Assembly (NCBI RefSeq): GCF_006345805.1
Contig: NC_043000.1
Span: 38,502,001-38,566,000 of the forward strand
Length of the DNA: 64,000 bases
Direction: 5' to 3'
Source: Octopus sinensis
Taxonomy: Eukaryota
Part shown: piece by piece, positions 1 to 11,658 of the stretch
How the letters are laid out: each line of letters opens with the position of its first letter
Numbering within the stretch: position 1 is the first letter of the stretch
Position numbers and translations under genes: made by a program
Notes under the pieces: model-generated
Database searches by the model: none
Told to the model about the DNA's origin: nothing
Seen by the model: the letters and a program-made list of their open reading frames with translations, nothing else

Positions 1-132
1 GTTACTCAACCATTCCTCTCAGAATATTACGGTTTTAGCAATTTATTAATTAAACAGGACATTAATCAAAAGCGCTTGTCAGAGGAATCTTCTCGAAGAA
101 TTTGAAACGAATTTTGATGGAAGAATACTTAC

Positions 133-302
133 ATTATCGTTGTACATGTCTGTTGTAATTGCATAAACTCCTTGCATATGGCAAGCACAGACCCCAGAAC
201 GAAAATGATCACGGATGATATAGCAGTTATCCCTTAACCAACGGTTTTTTTCACCCCTGAAATAGCAGATGTCATTATTTAGAGGCATTATATATACGAT
301 TG
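133..302 (-). CDS. Candidate internal exon encoding a GPS (GAIN C-terminal) motif, adhesion-GPCR/polycystin-like
   Basis: Acceptor ccttccgcttctAG, donor AAT|GTAAGT, 170 nt open (phase 1 to 0): IVYIMPLNNDICYFRGEKNRWLRDNCYIIRDHFRSGVCACHMQGVYAITTDMYNDN. The C-x-F...W...C...CxC-H pattern fits a GPS motif. Family call is from motif memory only. Confidence 0.5.
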
Positions 303-556
303 CTAGAAGCGGAAGGATAAATGTGATTAACATTATAATACAGAAAACGAAATAACATTTATTATATAGAAAAGTTTTAATTATAAATCTGAAATAAATT
401 GCGAAATAAAATTATAGCTGTAGTTTTTTTTTGTATTATGGTGGCAATTCCTGCTGTTTTTGTACGTCTTTTTTTTTTCTTTTAGGTTTTGAAAAATATC
501 TGAAGTGAAAAGTTAATACAAAACATAGTCAAGGTTTTGCGAAACGAAATATGTTA

Positions 557-1217
557 CAGGGTGTACCAAGAAAACCTCCCACTCTTTTAGTTTCAATGCA
601 ATATTAACGAGCGGGGTTAGGCAGATGAAAATGGTAACTTCATGTAACGTTATATCATTTGTATTTGGTCCTCGTCATGGTTTGGACTGGGGTGTAGACG
701 AAACGATTATTGCTGAAATATTTTCTCAACCTGTATACGGCCTCGAGCTGGCAGAATCGTTAGCAGGCCCGCCGAAATGCTTAGTGATATCTCTTCCGTC
801 TTTACGTTCTGAGTTTAAATTCCGTCGACGACGGCTTAGCCGTTCGTCAATTTTGAGCCGATAAAATAAGTACCTGTTTAACATTGCAATCGATGTAATC
901 GATTAACTCAGCACTCTCGAAATTGCTGGCCTTGTGCCGACATTTGAAATTAATATTGTTTATTGAAATGGTGGTGAACGGGCAGAATCGTTAGCGTAAC
1001 GGACAAAATGTTTAGCGGCATTTCGTCCGTTTTTGTGGTCTGATTTCAAATTCCGTCGAGATCAGCTTTATCTTTCATCCTTTTGGGGTCGATAAAATAC
1101 GTACCAATTAAACATTGGGGTCGATATAATCGACTTACCTGAAATTGCAGGCCTTGTGCTAATTGGAGCCAATATTTGTCAGCCTGTAAAACGTGGGATG
1201 TTTTTTGTCGCACCCTG
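557..1217. mobile_element. Tc1/mariner-type MITE carrying two nested SINEs
   Basis: TA at 555-556 then CAGGGTGTACCAAGAAAACCTCCCAC; the right end reverse-complements to CAGGGTGCGACAAAAAACATCCCAC (imperfect ~26-bp TIR). Confidence 0.6.
739..1172 (+). mobile_element. Two tandem copies of SINE family A (tRNA-like head, Meta-like central domain)
   Basis: Copies at ~739-950 and ~970-1172 share GAGCTGGCAGAATCGTTAGC...TTCAAATTCCG...TTTCATCCTTT.GGGGTCGATAAAATA.GTACC...GGGGTCGAT, which recurs more than 12 times in the window. Confidence 0.8.
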
Positions 1218-1402
1218 TTCATAAAATTGACCCGTTATACATCATTTAAAAACCAAATACAATCATATTATATCCAGAGCAAACTGGATTTCGGCGCCCT
1301 TATACGTACAATTTAAAAAGATAAGTTAACAAGGAGTTAATTACACTGCAAATGTAAAAAGTAAAGTTTTCATTACAATTTATTAAGTGTAAGAATAAGA
1401 TT

Positions 1403-1630
1403 CAATTGCAGCGTGGAAGGTTTTTATAAGCCATTAAAAAAAAAAAAAACACTGCAAAAACCGTTAGATTCACTTCAACATTTAATTAGTCAAAGTATTT
1501 TCGTCGCTTTGAGACCGCGACCTAATCACTGACAAAATTCCGTGCTGCATTTTGACAAATTAAATTTAAATGTTGAAGTGAATGTAACGGTTTTTGTGGG
1601 GTTTTTTAGATGGCTTCTACGCTGCAATTG
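1403..1630. repeat. Foldback element with a hammerhead-like motif in the spacer
   Basis: Arms ~1403-1494 and ~1551-1630 are reverse complements (CAATTGCAGCGT...AAAAACCGTTA.ATTCACTTCAACATTTAA). Confidence 0.75.
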
Positions 1631-2671
1631 TTAATGTTTCAGCACACGATCTATGCAAGTACATCTCCGTAAAGAATAAAATTGTGTGTTTTTTTTTTAT
1701 CTATTTTAATATCTTCCTCCTTGTTGTGTACGAAAGATCCCAAACATGATGTGTCTCCCACTCCTAAACATATAAACCCCGGACGACTGCCCCAGTTGGC
1801 AATGTCTTCAACCGGCCCTTTCAAGACCATCGAGCCGTATCGACGTTTTTGATGAAACAGACTATTACATACTTTCCCTTCATCCCTGAATACATTTTCA
1901 TGCTTCTACTTTGCTTTGGAAATTCTTGAGTTATTAGATATTCTTGTTTCGACCGAGAATGTTAAATGGTTTTACAAAACCTTAATAATTTCCATAGCAA
2001 CTTCGCCAGTTGCTACTAAATAACGACTTTATAACTTGGTAAATAAATGAAACCTCGTTGTGCACGTGTGTGTGTATAAAGATATAAAGATGTATATATA
2101 TAAATACATAAAGATATACATGCGTGCGCGCGCTTGCACACACACACACACATAAATGTATGTATATATGTATGCATGTATATTGCCTAAACACTTTCGG
2201 CAGACAAGGAAGTAATTTTCTTGCAAGGATATTCTATATAACATGTGAAAATATATTATTTATATGATTTAGAGATGGCTGTCAAGTGTGTTCATTGCAG
2301 CAACGACCCGAGGCATCTATTATTAAAATATTTTCTCCATATTCTGCTGTACAAAAGAATAAGACACTGCTTCTTACCATAGATAAATGCAATTAAAGGA
2401 GCGTCCGGGCAAGATTTTAAATAGAAGTTTGTCTTGCAATTAAATACTTGTACAAAGAACACACATTCGCACCTTCAGTCATACCTTTCCTTTTTATTTC
2501 TTTCTCGGTAACAATTATTGCTACTGTACGTTTGGCTTTTGTTTGTGTTTGTGTAAGTTGACTCCAAGTCTCACCCAGAGACCTCAAGAGTCGACAAGTT
2601 AGAAGTTCAAGTTGGCGTTATGATTAGGGTCCCATAATTTTGGTTTTGCACAACATATTGTTCTAGAGAAT

Positions 2672-3500
2672 GTGGTCGGTGGTAGTTCCACTCTAGCGCT
2701 ATGCAGAGAGCTAGTGGAGGGAAAGTGCGACGACGTGCTCGGGGAAACTCTGGGCGTCGATGAAGATCAACTAACCGGTCTTTTTCGGAGAACTTTAGGG
2801 CCTGGGCATATGGATAACTTCAAGAAATCCCTTGCCTGACAATGCTACCGAGAGGCACTGCCTTTTCGAGATAACTTTACAGGCAGGGTAGTACCGTCAG
2901 CCAGACCTGTCCGAGGTGTGCGCAGAACGATGAAACCGTTTTACACGCCCTCGACCAGTGTCCGAGTATTGCTGAGTAGGACAGACGCGGCTATCAGCTA
3001 CATCCATAGTGAAGGTCGCTCCGCTGCCCTCCTTTGTGAGGCAGGCAGTTTTTATTTGTCTGATGGCTGTAGCGAAAGAGGTAGTGTAGTGGACTCGTCT
3101 GAAAGGGCTAAAGTTAGACACTTTCCTCTTTGACCAAGCTCTCATCAGCTTTTTCAAGTTTTATTCGAAAGGGAAGCTGAGGGTGGAGAGGGAAGTGTTG
3201 CTTTCTAGCAAGTTTGCAGAAACGTTGGGTGAATGTCGGAAGAAATGACTAATTCTGAGCATACACCTGTAAAAAATTAAAGAAGGACCCTTGCCCTATT
3301 GATCAGGTACTCGGGGCTTTTGTGGGTGTTTCCACGAGGACCTTAAAGCGCCTCCCCTATTTGGAGTTTCCGTTGTTTAATTTTTATGTATCTATTGTTT
3401 ACACGATGAAAACCCTTTGTCTCGCCTTGTGTTGCCTTTTATATTTGTATCCTGTCATTTAATGTTATCTGAATGTCAGTCCCTGTGGCTAATAAAATAA
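2672..3500 (+). mobile_element. 5'-truncated Tx1/L1-clade non-LTR retrotransposon (zf-RVT region and 3' UTR), degenerate
   Basis: Frame-broken translation GETLGVDEDQLTGLFRRTLGPGHMDNFKKSLA*QCYREALPFRD...TCPRCAQNDETVLHALDQCP...TRLKGL; ends CCCTGTGGCTAATAAA then (ATT)n. Homologous to 62262-63236. Confidence 0.85.
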
Positions 3501-3507
3501 TTTATTA

Positions 3508-3557
<50 letters not shown>

Positions 3558-3558
<1 letters not shown>

Positions 3559-3770
3559 GGGCAGTGAGCTGGCAAAATCGTTAGGACGCCGGACGAAATG
3601 TCTAGCGGTATTTTGTCTGTCACTACGTTCAGACTTCAAATTCCGCCGAGATCGACTTTGCATTTCATCCCTTTCAGGGTCGATAAAATAAATACCAATC
3701 GAACACTGGGGTCGATGTAATAGACTAATCCGCACCTCCCCAAGCTGCCCTAGTGGCAAAAATTTGAAAT
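3558..3770 (+). mobile_element. SINE family A
   Basis: Same head and central motif as 739-950; follows an (ATT)n tract. Confidence 0.8.
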
Positions 3771-4430
3771 AATAATTGTTATTATTCGCTTTTGTTGTTG
3801 TTAGAAATGTTGTTGTTGTTACTGCTGCTGTTGATGTTGTTAGCTATTACTATGAGGAAATGTTAAGAATCCCTACTGCTGTTCTTACTTTAGATTTCAA
3901 GCGAGGTTCCGTTATATTACGTCACCAAAATAGAAGTGTTCGTTGTATAACCTGACGATCATACTTCCACGAAACCCAGTGTAATGTTACAAAATAATGA
4001 TTGAAACATCAGGCTTCTCATTATATTGGCTTCTTTCACTCGATATCTTGAAATATTTCCTATTCACTGTTTACACCAAACATCAAACTATATACCACAA
4101 TCGTTTAGCTTCATATAATAATTACTATATACTTTGTCCCTCAGGCTAGAAGATTTGTCACAAAATAATCGATATACAGACAGACTTTTATCATGCACTT
4201 TTATTAACAGTTAAAACCATATGAACTAAAATCAATTATGATATAAGCGAAATTCTTTTCTCCGCCATAAAACACACAAGATATTAATCTAGCTATGATG
4301 AACGACTTAATATTAATTTCCATGATATCCACAGAGACTAGACATAATAGATTTGTTATACCATATTGTTAATAACGTAGACGTTCTTATAACATGGTAG
4401 CGATATTTTTACGGCTGTCTAATTACTTAC

Positions 4431-4590
4431 AAGTAAGGTGTCCACCAGATTTATTAATTAAACCATCATCATAGAATTCACAACTAGGAGGTACTTGTAG
4501 GAATTGAATATTCCAGTTTCGATTAGTAGAAGGTATTACTTGTGTTTATCCCGAGGAGCCCTCAAAATTCCGATATTCTGTGATGTTTAG
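4431..4590 (-). pseudogene. Candidate exon with an in-frame TAA (possible GAIN-region exon of the same gene)
   Basis: Acceptor actttgtAG, donor GTAAGT at 4430-4425, phase 0 to 1 (compatible with 302-133): LNITEYRNFEGSSG*TQVIPSTNRNWNIQFLQVPPSCEFYDDGLINKSGGHLT. TAA at 4548-4546. A shorter acceptor at 4483 avoids the stop. Confidence 0.3.
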
Positions 4591-5171
4591 CTACAAAGTA
4601 TCCTACCCATGACCTTCCCATCTGAAGGAAAAAATGCTTGTTCATCAGAAAACATTTGCGACTATGAAGCAGTAATAATGGAGAGGGTGATACATCTGAT
4701 CACCATGCTTCCTTCTATGCGTGTGTATAAAGAGTCTAAGAGTATAGGATCAGAGGACATAAGACCCATGGCTTTAGAAACACATAAGATTGCAACAGAA
4801 TAGAATATTAAATCCTATCTCGATCAAATCTGAGATTCATTTAGAACAGTATTTCGCAACCGGATTCACATGACCCTTGCCGGTTCATATAAAATTTTGT
4901 TGTTAAAGTTTATGTGCAATAAACTGGGATATACCTTCCGAATACATAGAATATTTCAAATCTTTCAAACAATTCCTTATAATAACGTAGGTTTTTTTTT
5001 TATATACAGAAAACGGCTATGGTGGTCCAGTAGAATAAAGTAGGAATGACAAGGGTCCATAGGCAAAAGCTGGTTTGGAGTGAAGTTTGGAAAAATTCTT
5101 TTTTAATCTGCAACTCTGATTTATTTTGAGTGTGTTGCCAAGACATCTTCGAATCGATTCAATAGTCTTAC

Positions 5172-5221
5172 TTTAAATAGAATAGCACTACGAACTAGGG
5201 AAAATTCATCTCCCGGTATTA
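5172..5221 (-). CDS. Candidate 50-nt exon
   Basis: Acceptor tagttttcAG, donor AAA|GTAAGA; only one frame open (IPGDEFSLVRSAILFK), phase 1 to 0, compatible with 4590. Confidence 0.3.
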
Positions 5222-6076
5222 CTGAAAACTAAATGACCAAATATTCCTTCCTCAGCAAAACTGAAATAAAAATCCTACCAAAGAGGATATTTTGCAGAGA
5301 CGGACTTCAGCCCAGATTTCCCAAACCACATGACATAAAATTGTGTAAAACACGAGTTTCAGTGATATCCGACGAGTCAAACGTTTACAGTTTTTGATTG
5401 ATCGAGGAAATAAAATTTAATCTTCCTTTAAAAGACAGCTTTCAAAAGCTATGTTTTAAAGTGAATATCTCAAAATAATCAATGTTTAAAATATACATAT
5501 TTTGTGTGAATTTTTCTCTCTATGGAATCGTATCCAAACTATGGCCGAATTAGAGGTTGATAGCATTTCAACTTTTAACTCAATATTATTCAAACGCAAA
5601 GAAAACAGAATAACAAAATGATAAGAAGAATCTAGCATAAGATCAATCTCTTGGATCGCTGTAAAATTGATTGGAATTTATTGAATTTATAGGAAATAAG
5701 TACAGTTTATAGATTCAGATATAACTAAATATAACTTGAAATTATTTCCGCAATTCTTAGAGAAAATATAGCTCAACAGCTAGAGACATATCGTTCTAAT
5801 TGAGAAATTGATGCAGTAACATTTTCCAAGATTACAAACTGGACGAAGAGATTCTAAACTGCTTCAGACAGGTCGCTGTACATTTTTCAGAAAGCTAAGA
5901 CAGCGGGTCCTTCTAAACAACCCTCTCTGCCGTCTTCATACCAAACTTCTCGTTCGCTAGATAAATTGTACTTTCATACTCCTACATGTGTGTGAGATAT
6001 AAAATGCATGTAGTTGACACCGCAAGACCCTGGGGGGCTTTAACTGTCAGTGTCTCTAAAGAATCCTTGGAACCAT

Positions 6077-6078
<2 letters not shown>

Positions 6079-6139
<61 letters not shown>
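6079..6139. repeat. (GA)n microsatellite
   Basis: Direct reading. Confidence 0.95.
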
Positions 6140-6141
<2 letters not shown>

Positions 6142-6753
6142 ACGACATAAAACCCTCTGTTACCTGGTCAGATAAGATTGCGACTATAGAAATGTGACAT
6201 CAAACCAACAGCAGCAAAACTGAATCCATATTATACAAGCGTTAACTGAGATGGCTCGGACAGGTTGTGTTAATTTCCACCAAATCCGCTGATGACCATC
6301 AGATTTGAAGGACATCAATAAACATCCTGCAAGAAGTGATATATTAACTATTCACGTATCCTACTTGAAGTGGTAAACAATTTGGACACAAACCATTTAT
6401 GTGCTATTTCTAAAGGGAGAAGCAAATAAGCGGTGTATTGACTATTTACGCACCCTATTTGAAGTGTAAATACAGCTTTCAAAATGGCTGCTGCTTCAAG
6501 CATCTTCCGTATTTAAAAAAAATGGCAGTTGAAACAAGTTTACTAAAGCAGTTCAACGAGAAACAAATCGATGGAACATTTCAATCTTCGGTAGTAGTGA
6601 GATTGTTTAGCCCCAGATAACCTTCATCCTGATGAAGAACCCGTCTAATCACCAATGGCAAGCAAACTATGATCATCTCGATAGCTAAATGTGTGTGTTC
6701 CTACGTGAGTTGATGTGTTCTGTCCTTATATAATACGGCAAAGAGTGTTTTGA

Positions 6754-6794
<41 letters not shown>

Positions 6795-7938
6795 GATGAC
6801 ATCGCTTTCTAGCAAGTTGAATGTCCATGTAGAAGTTGACTGATTGGATGTTAACCAAACAATAGATTTTAACCTCAATAATGCGACTGAGATAAAATAT
6901 GTTGGAGTTCCAGCTGAAGATGAATCTTCTCCTTTGCAGTAGCTTCGCTTACAATAATATAATGTATGCAAAAATAGGAAGCACCGGGCAAAATTAACGG
7001 AAACGATTGAATTTAACATATTTTAAAGCAAGGAGCTTTATTCAAAATGATGAGTTTTGGAAATTTTGTTTTAAGAGATGTGAATAGTTGATATTATTAG
7101 CTGAAAATTTCGACATTATTGCTTGAAAGCGTTACTAACTGAAAACAAGAACATTGTTTCTTGATGATAATAAGGAAGAAAATATTTCCTCTTTTTTTCC
7201 TCTGATAATTAAAAGATATTGTATTGTTTAATTATGTTAACATTCTCTTTAAGCCTTTTATTAACAAAGGTTGATTCGAAAACAACACCATGCAATACAA
7301 CCAAAATTAGATTATATTGCAAAGAACATAACTCTAAAATCTGTTCTATCTTACAATACTCGTCAATATATTCATGGACACAAATTTTGGGAAATATTAT
7401 TAACGTTTCTTAGAAACAAAGCAATTTTTATTGCGCGACGCATCTCTCCACCTTCTTCTGCCGCCGACTTCCCCTCTCATGGCTTTTCACAAAAAACATA
7501 CACATTTCTCTATCTCCGTTCATAAGAGAGTTATGTCAAAAGATTAACAAATATTTCTTCACATTCTAATTCTTCGCGAGCTGAAAATTCCTTCTCCAAA
7601 TACTTAATTCGAGTGTTTAACATTATGCATCGATTTTATGAATATTAAGAAGAAGCCGGACTACGTATGCATGCAGTTTTATTTCTATTCATTCCACACG
7701 GAAAAAATAGTAAAAAGGCCAGACACTAGAAGCCAGACTGTCTGATATTCTTACTGACCTGTTAACAAGAGATTTCATAGTTTAATGTCAGTTAAATTAT
7801 CTAGAACATTCCATCTTTGAAACAATCATGGTATGAATTATGGTAGTTCTGTTAATGGAAGATAAAATTTTTTAGTTGTGGCGGGGAAGAATCTTTGATT
7901 TCTGTAAAATACGCAGCCATTTCATCTGTTATACGTAC

Positions 7939-7976
7939 CAAATGAATCTCAGATACAAATATATTGAAATCTCGAA
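7939..7976 (-). CDS. Candidate exon, end of a CUB-like segment
   Basis: Acceptor atatttcAG, donor TTG|GTACGT; (F)RDFNIFVSEIHL; phase-compatible with 8900-8811. Confidence 0.25.
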
Positions 7977-8413
7977 CTGAAATATATACACCAACGGTAA
8001 CCTTAGACTAAAACGCAAAAGCCTCTATGCATGTTTGCATGTGTAAAAACAAATATTAGATGTATTGTATATATGCATATAAAACATATATAAATATATA
8101 TTTTGCGGATGCTTATAAAATTATCGGTGTTCATAAAATTTCCAGTGTAAAAACTGCTTGGGTGAAGAACGCTTGCATACATGGAGATTAATTATGTCAT
8201 ATGATATCGTGGGCGGTTTGTGTGTTGGGATGTTTGTATACATTTCTTAAAAAGTATAGTTCTGTTCTATCTGACACTAGCGCTTTGGTAAACAAAGTCT
8301 CAGGCTCAAAGATAAAGATATAGTCTACTTTATTGGTTTCTTCTAAGATCTCTAAAAATTCTTCGGAGAAACACATACTGTGTATGGATTGTTCGATAAG
8401 GTTATGCTATGTA

Positions 8414-8414
8414 G

Positions 8415-8501
<87 letters not shown>

Positions 8502-8505
8502 CCTG
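8414..8505. repeat. (TATC)n microsatellite
   Basis: Direct reading. Confidence 0.95.
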
Positions 8506-8810
8506 TCTATCCGTAATGAAATATCATGAGTTGGAGATGATCTGTTTCTATACATTTACTGTCTCCTGCATAGATACAGGAATAGAAATGCCCCTTCAAT
8601 ACTGGAAACATTAGAGGCTCGTTTTGTGCCTATATCGATGTTCTTATTCTATTCAGTTTACATTTTAATCGGTCGGAATTACATTTCTGACTCCTTATAA
8701 TTAGGACCTACTCTTACATATTGTAATATTTATATTTTAAAACACACAAAACTTGTTTAACTTTCCCACTGAGCATCGGTTATATTGGAATGGGTGTCTA
8801 TTTTTCTTAC

Positions 8811-8900
8811 ATCTATTTCGGATGGAATAAGTCCTGAAGCGCATCGTCCATGTTTGTGTTTTTACCACGGTGATTAGCAGGGGTTTGTTTGAATATTTCC
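8811..8900 (-). CDS. Candidate exon, CUB-like segment
   Basis: Donor GTAAGA at 8810-8805, weak acceptor aaacAG; one open frame KYSNKPLLITVVKTQTWTMRFRTYSIRNR, phase 1 to 1. Confidence 0.25.
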
Positions 8901-9637
8901 CTGTTTCATTTTATCATATTTCAGTTGTATGTAAACATAATTACTGGGGATTGCTAGTCTGTATGATTTCGTGTGGGTTGTGGATATATTTCAACAGGTT
9001 GAAATATTAATCTTGCTGTATATATTCAGGGAATTTTCTTTTGCAGATGGTGCCTATTTCATTTATATAATTATATGGAATTCGCAATGTAAGATACACC
9101 TGCATATTGTGAAAAACTAAGAATAATTGAGTTTATAAGACTTTCTTATTTACAAATTTATCTAAATATTTTTTAACAGTAAATTTCTGTCTGCACACTT
9201 ATCATATCCTGAACATATGGCATACGAGGAATTTTATCCAGAATTCTGCCGTACCGTTTTACGCTTTTTAAAAGTGTTATTGTGAAGTATAGCTGTTTCG
9301 TGGTATCTTGGGAGGGTCATTATGCCAAGAATAAACTCACGCACTGGATATTTCTCACTTCTTTAAGAAGAAAAAAGAACTGGGCTTTTTCTTTTAGCTA
9401 ATGATCTTCACGAGATATAATAAAATGTGTTGGAACGCACAAGTTCACGTAAAAAATCTGGCAAACCAAATATAAATGCGAAATAAAATATTTTTATATT
9501 TGGAAACATGATTTTTGTTTACACAGTCCTTATTGAAAACATTATGTTTAGTTCATCTTTTTTATTAAAGTGTCTTTTTTTCGTATTTTCATACGAGTCC
9601 ATTTCAAATTGTTTAGAGATAGAATTAAGGAACTTAC

Positions 9638-9785
9638 TGTTCTCAATTTCACCTAGAAAGCTTCTACACCTCCATAGACTTATCATTATGAGGAAGTGAC
9701 ATTCGTCTCTGTTGATACTTCGATCTAACATTTTAAGCCAATGAGATTTATGCAGATATTTACCGCTGGGATTTGAATTATCTCC
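9638..9785 (-). CDS. Candidate exon (start uncertain)
   Basis: Donor GTAAGT at 9637-9632; open frame GDNSNPSGKYLHKSHWLKMLDRSINRDECHFLIMISLWRCRSFLGEIEN ends in phase 1; acceptor weak. Confidence 0.2.
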
Positions 9786-11622
9786 CTGCGTTTATATTTA
9801 TATCTTTTATAAGAACACAAATAGGATTTAAAATTTACTACAGCTGTTTCAGTAGCATTTTATTCATGCATTCATAGCTTACAACATAACATAAATCCAC
9901 CATCCTCAGGTAAAATCTAGAAGATGACCTACTCAGCAACTAACATATGTTTAGATACTTTTTAAATATTCATGTTCATATGTACTCATGTAAGTCGTCT
10001 GTTTATTAAAATATGTCATAAGTATTACCCCGCCAACCGTCATTTTTATGGGAAATTCTATAATGTACAGATCTAAAGTTTATATTGTGTTGTGTTGTGC
10101 TGCATTTACTCCTAGTTAAGTGCAGGATTATCTAGCACGAAGTGAAATCATGAAGCTTACAATTTTAATGTTTAAACTCGAATTTATAAACAACAATCGC
10201 CATTAATTGCTCTATCGCTGATTCACAAATCCGCGCTTATTGTTGACAAATTCATTTTTGGGAGTCGTTTAGATCTTCCTGTTGTTATGAAGAAGGTGTG
10301 ATACATAAAACAAGAGATGCAAAAGATTACTTTTCGTATTGTCGCATTATTTTACTAGTGTTTGTTTATAGTTCGTTGTAAAAGAAAGACAAAATCTGTG
10401 CTCGGATTTATGGTGTTCTTCATCTATTTTGCCGTTAGTATGCATTTTGTTCATCTTATAGACTGTGTGTGCGTAGTTTTATGAGGTGCAATGCCTAATT
10501 GTGTTGCTGTTATTGTTGTTCTTGTTGTGTGTGTGTGCGTGCGATGTGTTGTAGTTTATAGGTTCATTTAATAATTCTCTGGCTACCCAGTAAGTCCGTT
10601 ACAAGGTTTTTGAAAGAGTTATCTATTCAGTGAATGCCTTTTGTATCTTGAGGACGAACATTCAAGTGGTGCATCTTGTTAAAACCTAAATAATCGGAGC
10701 AGCACCTAGTTTTCATCCGGTAGAGAGAAACTGGATTTTTTAGAACTACACATTGGCGCCATGTTGGGAAATTTTCTAAACATTTTAGGGCTAAAATTGG
10801 AAACGAGAAATATAAATGGTAATAGATCCTCGCCATTTTCGTTCCAAGAAATAGAACTTCATAGATTTCAATCTCTCCTTGTAGTTCATCTGTTGCATAA
10901 ACAGGATCGGTTTTAAGTAGGAATTTATGGATTGCTCCAGCATCAGCGAAGAGACAATCATTATGAGGCAATCACAGTTCGGAACTATAACCTTGCAAAT
11001 GAAATACGCAAAAACTCGCAGACACAGGCACTTATACACAAACTTACCCAACAGATTATACATAAATTACACACATACGGCTATAAGTATAGACACATGC
11101 GCGCACGGACACATAAACACACACACATGTGCGTATATGTGTGTATGTATACATATATACACACACACATATATATATATGTCTATGCGTGTGTATACAT
11201 GTATGTATAATGATAAAAATAGTTATCAAGTGTGATGGACGTATATTTTTTCTTTCTTTATTCCTATACAGAAAGAAATGGTCTGCGTGTTTCTAGGGAA
11301 AAGATAGAATACTGTTTAAATCGATTTATGTTGTTTTTCGCGTTTGCTTCTGTCTGGCACTAAGCAAAAACACACAAAATACATTTTAAGCTATAATAAG
11401 GCTTAAAAGGATTTAAGCATTATTCCAGCATTTCTTTAGTAAAAATTCCTTAGTAAAAATTTCCTAAGTAAAAATTTCCTTAGTAAAAATCCATATCTTT
11501 ATATGAATGACTGTAAAGAGAAGATACCTTCATTAATTCTGACAAACTTTAAATCATTATTAATATGTTGCACTGTATACTACGAGAAACTTCTAACCAT
11601 AAACACATACACGCACGAACAA

Positions 11623-11658
<36 letters not shown>

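Noticed and set aside
1655-1905. GC-richer open frame on the minus strand (DEGKVCNSLF...GDTSCLG)
   Set aside because: Phase does not fit neighbouring candidate exons, donor is weak, no family recognised; may be a TE relic.
5280-5426. Extra minus-strand exon upstream of 5221
   Set aside because: All frames contain stops and the implied intron is only 57 nt.
6620-6660. CTGATGA motif
   Set aside because: No stem II/GAAA partner nearby, so not a hammerhead.
9047-9088. Plus-strand mini-exon (ttttcttttgcAG...GTAAGA; DGAYFIYIIIWNSQ)
   Set aside because: Isolated, no partner exons or recognisable product; such signals arise by chance in AT-rich DNA.
10627-11063. Two overlapping minus-strand ORFs (114 and 90 aa)
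   Set aside because: No recognisable motif and no convincing splice pair.
11438-11492. 14-15-bp tandem repeat (TAGTAAAAATTTCCT, about 3.5 copies)
   Set aside because: Ordinary minisatellite with no spacers; not CRISPR-like.
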